Assembly: GCA_028715395.1 (NCBI GenBank)
Contig: JAQURY010000003.1
Location: forward strand, 1-49,715
Source: Minisyncoccota bacterium
GTDB lineage: Bacteria; Patescibacteriota; Minisyncoccia; UBA6257; 02-FULL-45-10c
DNA: 49,715 nucleotides
Direction: 5' to 3'
A program made the position numbers and the translations under genes. Positions 17,195 through 25,820 of this stretch are shown here, piece by piece (within the stretch, counting starts at the first letter, position 1; each line of letters starts with the position of its first letter). The notes under the pieces were generated by a model. That model made no database searches, had not been told where the DNA came from, and saw only the letters and a list, made by a program, of their open reading frames with translations.

Positions 17195-17541
17195 GCAAAT
17201 TTCGCGACTTGAGAGTCAGTAGTTTAATAAGGGAAGAATTGGGGAAAATAATGCTGAAAGAGCTGGAATTTGACGGCGCGCTGGTAACCATAACCGAAGT
17301 TGATGTAAGCGAGGACTTGGAGAACGCCACGGTGAATGTCAGCGTTATTCCTTCCGAGAAAGCCGAAAAAGTATTGGAAGTTTTAGGCAAGTTTCGTTCC
17401 AGATTGCAGTTTTTATTGCAAAGAAAAATTGAAATTAAGCCTATGCCTCATATTGTTTTCCGAATAGATCACGGACTTGAAAAAGCCGCGGAACTGGAAA
17501 AGGTGTTTTTAGAGGTTGAAAAAGAAGAGAAAAGTAAATAA
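17191..17541 (+). CDS. rbfA: ribosome-binding factor A
   Basis: The start overlaps the infB stop (ATGA). VTITEVDVSEDLENATVNVSV and PHIVFRID are typical RbfA segments. Confidence 0.85.
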   Translation: MSKFRDLRVSSLIREELGKIMLKELEFDGALVTITEVDVSEDLENATVNVSVIPSEKAEKVLEVLGKFRSRLQFLLQRKIEIKPMPHIVFRIDHGLEKAAELEKVFLEVEKEEKSK

Positions 17542-17553
17542 TATTTAATAGTT

Positions 17554-17628
17554 GGCGCCGTAGCCAAGTGGTAAGGCAGCTCTCTGCAAAAGAGCTATAC
17601 GTCGGTTCAATTCCGACCGGCGCCTCCA
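17554..17628 (+). tRNA. tRNA-Cys (GCA), CCA encoded
   Basis: Acceptor GGCGCCG/CGGCGCC, U73, anticodon arm GCTCT-CTGCAAA-AGAGC. Confidence 0.9.
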
Positions 17629-17629
17629 A

Positions 17630-17713
17630 GCCCGGGTGGCGAAATTGGTATACGCAGCAGACTTAAGATCTGCCGCCTTCAACGGCATGCCGGTTCGAGT
17701 CCGGCCCCGGGCA
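17630..17713 (+). tRNA. tRNA-Leu (UAA)
   Basis: Acceptor GCCCGGG/CCCGGGC, A73, anticodon arm GCAGA-CTTAAGA-TCTGC and a long variable arm. Confidence 0.9.
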
Positions 17714-17721
17714 CAAATTTT

Positions 17722-18801
17722 ATGAAAAAACCAAAAATTGACAGTCCTATATTTTTTGTTGGCGTCAGAGATAATGGAATAATTTCTTTCGGCAGCGGGC
17801 AGCCAGATTTGCCGCCGCCAAGACAAATTTTTAATATTTTGCCCGATTATCGGTCTTTTAAATATGGTCTGACTCAGGGACAGATTAATCTTCGCGAAGC
17901 GTTAGCCAAGCAATATCCCGGCGCCAAGGCCGAAAATTTTGTTATTACCAACGGCGCGTCGGAAGCGCTTGATCTGACTATCCGCGCTCTCTCGCAAAAG
18001 TTTCACGGCGGAAAGATAATGCTGTTCAGGCCATATTATTATTCATATCCGTTTTTGGCGAAGATATCAGGAATGACGCCGGTTATTTCCGATTTGAAAG
18101 AGGGAAGGATTGATTTAGAAGATTTTAAAAAGAAAATAAAAGGATGCAAAGCGATTTTAATAAACTCGCCCTCAAACCCGACCGGAAAGATTGAATCTAT
18201 TGAGACGCTTAAAGAAATAGAAAAAATAACCCAGAAGCTTGGTATTTATATTTTATCTGATGAGGTTTATAAAGATTTGATTTATGAGAGAGAAAATTAT
18301 TTGCTTCATGGACCGTACGTTGTAACGATAAATTCTTTTTCCAAAACTTACGCCATGTGCGGATTTCGCGTCGGCTATCTTTATGCCAGGGATAAGGAGC
18401 TGGTTAGGGCCGTGGTGGAGATAAAGGCCCGTACCTCGATGAATACGGGCATTTTGAGCCAAGAAATGGCTTTTGAGGCCACTAAAGTCCCGAGGAGGCA
18501 AGTTGATAGCCAGATTAAGATTTGGCGTCAGAGAAGGGATTTGATATACAAAGGCCTTAAAGATATGGGATTTGATTTGTGGAAGCCGGAGGGCGCTTTT
18601 TATGTTTTTCCTAAAATTAAAAACGCCAATCGCGTAGTGAATGATTTATTTTATAAACATAAAGTTATTACCTATGACGGCGCCTGGTTTGGAAATCCGG
18701 ACAGAATCAGATTGAGTTACGCGCTTGATGTGAAAGATATCAAAGAAGGGCTCAGAAGAATTAAAAAATATATTAAAGGAAAAGAAAGCTGGCTAAAATA
18801 A
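17722..18801 (+). CDS. pyridoxal phosphate-dependent aminotransferase, class I/II
   Basis: NSPSNPTG and SFSKTYAMCGFRVGY (PLP-Lys) motifs. Confidence 0.8.
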   Translation: MKKPKIDSPIFFVGVRDNGIISFGSGQPDLPPPRQIFNILPDYRSFKYGLTQGQINLREALAKQYPGAKAENFVITNGASEALDLTIRALSQKFHGGKIMLFRPYYYSYPFLAKISGMTPVISDLKEGRIDLEDFKKKIKGCKAILINSPSNPTGKIESIETLKEIEKITQKLGIYILSDEVYKDLIYERENYLLHGPYVVTINSFSKTYAMCGFRVGYLYARDKELVRAVVEIKARTSMNTGILSQEMAFEATKVPRRQVDSQIKIWRQRRDLIYKGLKDMGFDLWKPEGAFYVFPKIKNANRVVNDLFYKHKVITYDGAWFGNPDRIRLSYALDVKDIKEGLRRIKKYIKGKESWLK

Positions 18802-18836
18802 AAAGCACTATCGTGAATGATAGTGCTTTTTTGTTT
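18801..18836. terminator. bidirectional intrinsic terminator
   Basis: aaaaagcactatc-gtgaat-gatagtgctttttt. Confidence 0.8.
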
Positions 18837-18837
18837 T

Positions 18838-19704
18838 TTAAATTCCTGTCTCTCTTGCCATGTCGCAGAGTTTTGCCAGACCGGCTAAAAGAGTAATCTG
18901 CTGAGCGGGCGTGTCCGTGTTATGGCCGCTAAATTCCTCTTCTTCAAAATCCAGTCCGCAGGCGTTTCCCGGGCAGTCAAAATGGAGATGCCCATTGTAA
19001 TTATGGGACCTAAAGAAAAATCGATCATGGTTGCTGATACTTTCGAAAAGCTGGGAATAAGCGGCGAAGGTCGTGGCGTTCAGTTCATCTAGTTCTTTTT
19101 TCCCCATTGACGATAGAAATTTATGGAATGGTTTTCCGATTTTTCCGAGGATTTGTCCTCCATAAAATTCTCTCCCTGTTGCCAATGTAAGTTCCAGTAA
19201 TTGGGAATTTTTACAGGCGGTATTCCTCCATTTTTCTTCATAGGTGACCATGCTTGCTACCATGAAGAATAATTTTAAACTTGCCGAAATTGCCCTGGCG
19301 TTTATCCAATCCCTGTCGGACTTTTTTTCTTTTCCCGTTCCTCCGCATTTTATACAGCCAAGTTCAAGCTCAGTATCCTTTCCTTTGCCATTACATACGG
19401 GACAGATATTTCCCGTAAACCATTGGAGTTTCGGTATCCAAACCAGAAAATTGATGAATTCTCCGCCGTCCGGCTTTTGTTTTTGAAGCGCCCCATTAAA
19501 CCCAAAAAGATTTTCATTGAACGAGCCGATAAAGCTGGTAAACCCGAACTCTGCCCGATACCCTATAACGAAGGGCGCATCATTGGGAATGGGCTTTATC
19601 TCGCTTGCCAAATCTTTGTGGATTTTGAGAATAATCGCCGGCGGCTTAGGTTGCCAGCTTAAATCGTAAAAGCAAGGCACATTTTCTTTTTCTATTCTGA
19701 TCAT
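18838..19704 (-). CDS. hypothetical protein with an internal DnaJ-type CxxCxGxG zinc finger
   Basis: 288 aa. CPVCNGKG and CIKCGGTG lie 10 residues apart; the rest matches no family I recognise. Confidence 0.55.
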   Translation of the reverse strand: MIRIEKENVPCFYDLSWQPKPPAIILKIHKDLASEIKPIPNDAPFVIGYRAEFGFTSFIGSFNENLFGFNGALQKQKPDGGEFINFLVWIPKLQWFTGNICPVCNGKGKDTELELGCIKCGGTGKEKKSDRDWINARAISASLKLFFMVASMVTYEEKWRNTACKNSQLLELTLATGREFYGGQILGKIGKPFHKFLSSMGKKELDELNATTFAAYSQLFESISNHDRFFFRSHNYNGHLHFDCPGNACGLDFEEEEFSGHNTDTPAQQITLLAGLAKLCDMARETGI

Positions 19705-19822
19705 TTTTCCTCCAGATTTCAGTATTTTTTAAAATCAAAGAACGCCTTCATACTATAAGAAACATCAATTTTTGACAATAGAAATTGATTAAACTATGCT
19801 TTGTTTAGAAAATTAAAAAATA

Positions 19823-20074
19823 ATGGAGGTATCCGTGGATATTGAAAAGTTTGCGTTTGCTTTGGAGAAAGCCGGCTATGAGGGTGCGCTGGCTTTGATT
19901 AAAGAAGATATTGTTCCCCTTGCCCAAAGTAAACATATTTCTTTGCTTGAAGCGGCATGGGAATATGCGGATCAGGACGAGGAGCAAGACACGAGCTGGT
20001 TTCAGTTATTTCATGCTCTTCAATCTATTTCTTCTAAAGTTTTAAAATCTTTGGATATCCATCAGCCGCTTTAA
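19823..20074 (+). CDS. small acidic hypothetical protein
   Basis: 83-aa ORF divergent from 18838-19704. The start could instead be GTG 19835, after GGAGGT. A terminator follows. Confidence 0.45.
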   Translation: MEVSVDIEKFAFALEKAGYEGALALIKEDIVPLAQSKHISLLEAAWEYADQDEEQDTSWFQLFHALQSISSKVLKSLDIHQPL

Positions 20075-20103
20075 AAAACCGCCATTTACAGGTGGTTTTT
20101 TAT
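20073..20103. terminator. bidirectional intrinsic terminator
   Basis: aaaaaaccgcc-atttaca-ggtggttttttatttt. Confidence 0.75.
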
Positions 20104-20459
20104 TTTATTTTTGGTAAACGGATTGTCAGGGCGCCGTCTTCATATTCTGCTGTGGCATTTTTGGCGCTGACCTTTTCCGGTAAAAAAACGGTCCGCGAGA
20201 ATTCGCCGTAATAAGTTTCCTGATACAGGTAATTTTTTCTTTCTTCTTTTTGTTTTCTTTCGCGCACTCCTTTAATCGTCACGGAATCTTTATTGGCGGA
20301 TATTCTCAGTTCGTCCGGATTAATTCCGGCAATCATTGATTCAATCACAATTTCGTCCGGTGTCTGATGGACGTCAATGGTCAGCTGTCCGATTTCCGAA
20401 TCATGTTTTTGCGGAACTTCGGATTTTTCCGAAATGGAGATTTTGTAGGATTTGTCCAT
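20100..20459 (-). CDS. Hsp20/alpha-crystallin family small heat-shock protein
   Basis: Alpha-crystallin domain: DVHQTPDEIVIE...GEFSRTVFLPEKV...AEYEDGALTIRLPK. Confidence 0.85.
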   Translation of the reverse strand: MDKSYKISISEKSEVPQKHDSEIGQLTIDVHQTPDEIVIESMIAGINPDELRISANKDSVTIKGVRERKQKEERKNYLYQETYYGEFSRTVFLPEKVSAKNATAEYEDGALTIRLPKIK

Positions 20460-20461
20460 GA

Positions 20462-21118
20462 CTATTGCAGTTTTTTTAACTTCTCAAAGTCATAAAGAAT
20501 GAACATGGCGTAAATTATCAAGAATGAAACCGGAATTACCAGCGGTTCATAGCGGACTATTAGAGAATTGAAAATGGTGTGGAACACAGTAGCCGCGAAA
20601 AGTCCTATCAGCAGGAAAGATTTTTTATTTTTAATTACGGAAACGGCCCAATAATAACCCATTAAACCGGAGCTTAAAGTATGGAGAAGAGTGGCGCCGA
20701 TAAATCTCAAAGAGGTGGTTTCTATTACGGGCATTTTCATCTGGACGGCTGCGGCGATGTTTTCAACGGCGGCAAAACCGAGCGCTGCCACAATCATATA
20801 AATCATCGCATCAACCGGTTCGTCAAAATAATCCTTAAATTTCAGAGCTACTATCCAGGCCGCGCCGAATTTCAGGATTTCTTCTATTACTCCCAGCATC
20901 AAGAAGGACAAAACGCTGTATTTTTCAATGCCGTGATCTATTGCCCAGTCATTGGTTACAATCTGGAATCCCAGAGCGATGAAAGTGCTTATCATTCCCG
21001 CCAAGAAAACCAAAAAAATTATTTTTTTTGGCTCAGGATGAGGATCTTCTTTCAGATAAAAAACCAGCCAGGCCAAAGAGGGAAGAAGTCCGAGAATTAA
21101 AGCGATTACAATGCTCAT
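20462..21118 (-). CDS. PrsW-family intramembrane protease
   Basis: Polytopic, with EEILKF (EExxK) and LLHTLSSG / FHTIFN His motifs. Confidence 0.6.
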   Translation of the reverse strand: MSIVIALILGLLPSLAWLVFYLKEDPHPEPKKIIFLVFLAGMISTFIALGFQIVTNDWAIDHGIEKYSVLSFLMLGVIEEILKFGAAWIVALKFKDYFDEPVDAMIYMIVAALGFAAVENIAAAVQMKMPVIETTSLRFIGATLLHTLSSGLMGYYWAVSVIKNKKSFLLIGLFAATVFHTIFNSLIVRYEPLVIPVSFLIIYAMFILYDFEKLKKLQ

Positions 21119-21121
21119 AAA

Positions 21122-23140
21122 TTAATATTCTTCAATCATTAATAAATCTTTTTCTTTATCCGGAAGATTTTGGTAAATTTCTTCGGTGATGTGGGGCATA
21201 AACGGGTGGAGAATTTTGAGGATATCTTTCAGGACGATTTTTGAAATTATGGCTTTAAGGTTTTCGTCGTTTTTGCTCATTTCTATATATTTGTCTGCGA
21301 GGTCGTGCCAGATGAAATCATAAAGAGTATGGAGAGCTTGCCCGAAATCATAAGAGTCGATCTGTTCGCCAACCGCTTTTTTAGTTTGTTCAAGTTTTTC
21401 CAATAGGCCGCTGTCGTTTTTTATATCCGGTTCGGATTTGATTTCTTGCTGCAAAATAAATCGCGCGATATTCCACAGCTTATTGGCGAATTTTTTGCCT
21501 CCCATCACCGCTGTTTCGTCCCACTTAATATCCTGATTTCCCATAGATTGCCATATTAAACCAAATCGCGTGGCGTCGGAGCCGTATTTTTCAATCAAAT
21601 CCAAGGGATCAATTCCTGTGCCGAGCGACTTGGACATTCGGCGTCCGTCTTTGGCCAAAATTGTTCCATGAATAATTACGTCCGTAAAAGGTTTTTCTTT
21701 TATGAATTCCAGTCCCGAGAAAATCATTCGCGCTACCCAGAGATTAATGATGTCGCGCGCCGTGGAAAGCACCTGTGTCGGATAAAACTCTTTCAAATCT
21801 TTTGATTTGTCGGGCCAGCCCAAAGTGGCGAACGGCCAAAGCGCGGAAGAAAACCATGTGTCCAAGACGTCATTTTCGCCTTCAATCGGAATTTTATGTC
21901 CCCACCAGATTTGGCGGGAAATGTTCCAGTCGCGGACATTTTCCAGCCAGGCCATATAAGTTTTCTCCCAATTTTCCGGATGGAATTTTACTTCACCGGA
22001 TTTAACAGCTTTAACCGCCAATTTTGCGAGCTCGTCCATTTTCAGAAACCATTGCAAGCTTGGCATCGGTTCAATCACTCCGCCGCAGCGATAACAGATA
22101 GCCACATTATGCTTATAATCCTCGATTTTTTCTATCAAATTTTGCTTTTCCAGATCTTCAACGACTTTATTCCGGCATTCTTCAACTTTGAGCCCGGCGT
22201 AATCTTTTCCAGCCTCATCAGTCATTCTTCCGAGCGGTCCGATAACTTTATAAATGGGCAATTTGTTTTTTTCGCCGATACGGGCATCAACCAAATCGTG
22301 CGCTGGGGTTACTTTGACCGCGCCGGTTCCGAAAGCCGTATCGATTTCATCGTCGGCGATTATTGGAATTTCCCGGTTCTGCAAAGGCAATAAAACTTTT
22401 TTGCCGATTAATTTTTTATAACGTTCGTCTTTCGGGCTGACTGCTACAGCGGAATCTCCAAGCATTGTTTCCGGGCGCGTAGTCGCGACGATGACAAATT
22501 TATTTTTGTCGTCAGCCAAAGGATATTTTATATACCAGAGCTTGTTGGTTTCTTCTTTATATTCCAATTCCAAATCAGATAAGCTGGTCTGGCATTTTAC
22601 GCACCAATTAACAACCCGTTCGGCTTTATAGAGCCATCCCTTTTTATAATAATGATTAAACGCTTCATTGACGGCTTTTTGATATCCTTCGTCCATTGTG
22701 AACCGCGTCCGCGACCAATCCATCGAGGCGCCAAGTTTTTTAAATTGTTTGAGGATTATGTTTCCGTGCTTTTCTTTCCACTCCCATATTTTTTCCAGGA
22801 ATTTTTCCCGTCCCAGATCCTGTTTTTTGATTCCCTGTTTTTGCAAATCTTTTTCCACGACTTTTTGCGTGGCGATGCCGGCGTGATCGGTGCCCGGAAT
22901 CCAGAGCGTTTTATATCCTTGCATTCTTTTTCGGCGGATTAAAATATCCTGGATGGTGGAGTTAAGCGCGTGGCCCATATGCAAAACTCCCGTAACGTTC
23001 GGGGGCGGCACGGCCATGGTAAAAGTTTTTTTGCGCTTGCCGGGCAGATTGTCGGGATTAAAATAGCCCGATTTCTCCCACATTTGGTATATTTTGTCCT
23101 CAACTTGCTTGGGGTCGTAGGCTTTTGGAATTTCCTTCAT
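21122..23140 (-). CDS. valS: valine--tRNA ligase (short, 672 aa)
   Basis: PPPNVTGVLHMGHA, WIPGTDHAGIATQ, the editing-domain segment TTRPETMLGDSAVAV and MSKSLGTGIDP. Confidence 0.88.
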   Translation of the reverse strand: MKEIPKAYDPKQVEDKIYQMWEKSGYFNPDNLPGKRKKTFTMAVPPPNVTGVLHMGHALNSTIQDILIRRKRMQGYKTLWIPGTDHAGIATQKVVEKDLQKQGIKKQDLGREKFLEKIWEWKEKHGNIILKQFKKLGASMDWSRTRFTMDEGYQKAVNEAFNHYYKKGWLYKAERVVNWCVKCQTSLSDLELEYKEETNKLWYIKYPLADDKNKFVIVATTRPETMLGDSAVAVSPKDERYKKLIGKKVLLPLQNREIPIIADDEIDTAFGTGAVKVTPAHDLVDARIGEKNKLPIYKVIGPLGRMTDEAGKDYAGLKVEECRNKVVEDLEKQNLIEKIEDYKHNVAICYRCGGVIEPMPSLQWFLKMDELAKLAVKAVKSGEVKFHPENWEKTYMAWLENVRDWNISRQIWWGHKIPIEGENDVLDTWFSSALWPFATLGWPDKSKDLKEFYPTQVLSTARDIINLWVARMIFSGLEFIKEKPFTDVIIHGTILAKDGRRMSKSLGTGIDPLDLIEKYGSDATRFGLIWQSMGNQDIKWDETAVMGGKKFANKLWNIARFILQQEIKSEPDIKNDSGLLEKLEQTKKAVGEQIDSYDFGQALHTLYDFIWHDLADKYIEMSKNDENLKAIISKIVLKDILKILHPFMPHITEEIYQNLPDKEKDLLMIEEY

Positions 23141-23224
23141 ATTGCTTAATTTTATTTGATTTTAGGCTTATTTTCAATTATATTGGCGGAATAGTTTTCT
23201 TTGAAAATTTTAGAGGAGGATGAA

Positions 23225-24547
23225 ATGAAAAAACTGTTCAATAAGACGCAGACATGGCTGGAATGCATTCTTTGCGGGAGGAAAAAAGATCTTCTCGAAG
23301 AAAGGAAATTCCGCTGTGTATGCGGAGGACTGTATGATGTTAAGCACAACTTGGAGTGCCCGCTTCCGTACGTTTTAAAAAAAGATTTTTACGAACGGCT
23401 GGAACTTCATCAGTCTATTTCCGGGGTTTGGCGGTATAAGGAATTAATAATGCCTTATCTGCCGAAAAGATTTGTAGTCAGCCTCAGTGAAGGCAATGTG
23501 CCGATAATTGAGGCGGGCAGAAACTTGGAAGAATGGGTTGGCGGAGATCTGGAGCTTTGGCTGATTCTCGAAGGCATGACGCCGACGGGATCTTTCAAGG
23601 ATTTCGGAATGACGGTGCTGATTTCCGTGGCGAAAGCCGCGGGAATAGAAGCCGTAAGCTGCGCATCTACCGGCGATACATCGGCATCTGCCGCCGCTTA
23701 CGCTGCCGCTGCCGGAATGAAGTGTGTTGTGATTTTGCCTAGAGGCAAAGTTACGCCGGCGCAATTGGCTCAGCCATTGGTTCACGGCGCGACCGTGATA
23801 ACTCTGCCCGGAAGTTTCGATGATTGCATGAAAGTGCAGAGGGAACTTACCGAGAAATACGGAGTGTATCCGGCGAATTCCTTGAATCCGGCGAGAATTG
23901 AAGGCCATCAGGCGACAGTTTTCCAGGTGGCGCAGTTTTTCAATTGGGATTTTCCCGATTGGTTTGTGGTTCCGGTGGGAAACGGCAGCAATTGCTCTTC
24001 AATCGGAAAAGCCAGAAGACTGCTTTTGGATTTAAAAATGGCAGAAAACAATTGCAGAATTCTCGGCTGCCAATCGCTAGCTGCTAATCCTTTAGCTGAA
24101 AGCTGGGGGAGAGCAACATGGAAGCCCCAAGAAAGAAACAGCAAAGAATTCTTGGAATACTGGAAAATGCTTTACGCGCCGGTTGCGGTCAGAGAGACAA
24201 CGGCTACGGCTGCGCGAATAGGAGATCCGGTTTCTCGCGACAAAGTCATGAGAGAAATCGTTGCTTCGAACGGAAGAATGAAAACGGCCACAGAAAGAGA
24301 TTTAAATGAAGCTGTTTCGGTTTGCGGGAAAGACGGATTTTTCGTTTGCCCCCAGACCGGCATAGCTCTGGCCGGACTTCGCGAAGCCGTGAAAGAAAAA
24401 ACAATAAATCCGGGATCCAGGGTGGTTGTTGTATCAACCGCCACGGGCCTGAAATTCACCGATTCGGCGGCGAAGAATTTGGCGAAAAATATTATTGACG
24501 CCAAAAACTGCAAAACCGATACGGTAGCGAGAATTATGAAAATTTAG
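23225..24547 (+). CDS. thrC: threonine synthase
   Basis: N-terminal Cys4 ribbon (CILCG...CVCGG), PLP-Lys motif PTGSFKDFG and GNGSN. The start is set at ATG 23225, after GGAGGA. Confidence 0.8.
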   Translation: MKKLFNKTQTWLECILCGRKKDLLEERKFRCVCGGLYDVKHNLECPLPYVLKKDFYERLELHQSISGVWRYKELIMPYLPKRFVVSLSEGNVPIIEAGRNLEEWVGGDLELWLILEGMTPTGSFKDFGMTVLISVAKAAGIEAVSCASTGDTSASAAAYAAAAGMKCVVILPRGKVTPAQLAQPLVHGATVITLPGSFDDCMKVQRELTEKYGVYPANSLNPARIEGHQATVFQVAQFFNWDFPDWFVVPVGNGSNCSSIGKARRLLLDLKMAENNCRILGCQSLAANPLAESWGRATWKPQERNSKEFLEYWKMLYAPVAVRETTATAARIGDPVSRDKVMREIVASNGRMKTATERDLNEAVSVCGKDGFFVCPQTGIALAGLREAVKEKTINPGSRVVVVSTATGLKFTDSAAKNLAKNIIDAKNCKTDTVARIMKI

Positions 24548-24552
24548 GACAT

Positions 24553-24587
24553 AAAAACAAAGCCCTGACGCAAGTCGGGGCTTTTTA
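24553..24587. terminator. bidirectional intrinsic terminator
   Basis: aaaaacaaagccctgac-gcaa-gtcggggcttttt. Confidence 0.75.
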
Positions 24588-25634
24588 TATTGTAAGATTT
24601 GAATCCGCCTCAAATTTTAAAGAAGGCTTTTTTTGCAGCAAATCAAAATATGCGGCGGCCGCAATCATGGCGGCATTGTCGGTGTTGAATTCAAAGCTTG
24701 GCGCGAAAAACTTTTTTCCGGATTGCTCAACGGCGTGGCGCATAATTTCCCGCAGGGTTTTATTCGCTGAAACGCCGCCGGAAAGCATTACGGATTTGGT
24801 TTTGAATTGTTTTGCCGCGCTTAAAGTTTTCTGGGTTAAAACATCAATAACTGCCTGCTGAAACGAAGCGGCAATATCGTCTTTGAAATTTCTCAAATCT
24901 TTTTCATTGAAATGGTCTCGTATGTAATACAATACGGAAGTTTTTAATCCCGAAAAGCTGAAATCGTAATTTTTTTGCGGATTTTTGGGCGAGCTTAATA
25001 ATGGGCGGGGAAATTTGACGGCAACAGAATTGCCGCGCAAAGCCGCCTTTTCTATTTCCGGGCCTCCCGGATAGGGAAGTTCCAGCATCCGCGCCACTTT
25101 ATCAAAGGCCTCGCCGGCGGCGTCATCTATGGTTTCGCCGAGTTTTTTCCATTTAACGGCGCTTTGCATCAAAAGAAGCATAGTGTGGCCTCCGCTGACT
25201 ACAATTGAAATAGCCGGAAAAAGATTTTTAAAATTTTTAGCCGGAGCCAGCCAATTTGAATATAGATGGCCCTCCATGTGGTTTACCCCGACAAGCGGTT
25301 TTTTCAATTTTGCCGCCAATTCTTGAGCGAAGCTTATGCCTGTCCAGAGCGCCGGTTCCAGGCCGGGCCCGACCGTAACCGCGATATAATCTATTTTTTT
25401 AACGTCAAAATCTTTGGAAATCAGCTTTAAAATTTTTGGAAGATTTTTTATATGCTCGCGTTTGGCGAGATTGGGAACGACGCCCCCGAAAGGTCTGTGG
25501 ATTTTTATCTGAGAAGAAACAATATTTTTCAGAACTTCAAATTTCGGATTCGTTAAAGATCCCGAACATTTTACGGCGGCAATGGAAGTGTCGTCGCAGC
25601 TGGTTTCAATTGCAAGAATTATTTTTGGCTTCAT
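24585..25634 (-). CDS. tsaD: tRNA N6-adenosine threonylcarbamoyltransferase
   Basis: ETSCDDTS, GVNHMEGH, VSGGHT and SGGVSAN motifs of Kae1/TsaD. Confidence 0.9.
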   Translation of the reverse strand: MKPKIILAIETSCDDTSIAAVKCSGSLTNPKFEVLKNIVSSQIKIHRPFGGVVPNLAKREHIKNLPKILKLISKDFDVKKIDYIAVTVGPGLEPALWTGISFAQELAAKLKKPLVGVNHMEGHLYSNWLAPAKNFKNLFPAISIVVSGGHTMLLLMQSAVKWKKLGETIDDAAGEAFDKVARMLELPYPGGPEIEKAALRGNSVAVKFPRPLLSSPKNPQKNYDFSFSGLKTSVLYYIRDHFNEKDLRNFKDDIAASFQQAVIDVLTQKTLSAAKQFKTKSVMLSGGVSANKTLREIMRHAVEQSGKKFFAPSFEFNTDNAAMIAAAAYFDLLQKKPSLKFEADSNLTI

Positions 25635-25636
25635 TT

Positions 25637-25714
25637 TGGTAGCGCCATCGGGATTTGAACCCGAGTTACCGGAATGAAAATCCGGTGTCCTAGGCCAGGC
25701 TAGACGATAGCGCC
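25637..25714 (-). tRNA. tRNA-Glu (UUC), CCA encoded
   Basis: GTC/GAC 3-bp D-stem, anticodon arm CCGGA-TTTTCAT-TCCGG and T-arm TCGGG-TTCAAAT-CCCGA. The acceptor stem has two G-U pairs. Confidence 0.85.
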
Positions 25715-25820
25715 ATATTGCCTAAAAGATTATAACATTTTTCCGGAAAAGTCCAAGTTTTAAGCCGTTTGCGGATGGAATAATTTGCTATTATCGAATA
25801 ATAATTTTATTGTTTATCTT

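Noticed and set aside
17545-17826. ORFs drawn across tRNA genes or their leaders: 14369-14590(+), 15586-15798(-), 17441-17629(-), 17545-17826(-), 42129-42317(+), 42948-43184(-).
   Set aside because: They overlap sequences that fold into tRNAs or the conserved tRNA-Gly leader, so the open frames are incidental.
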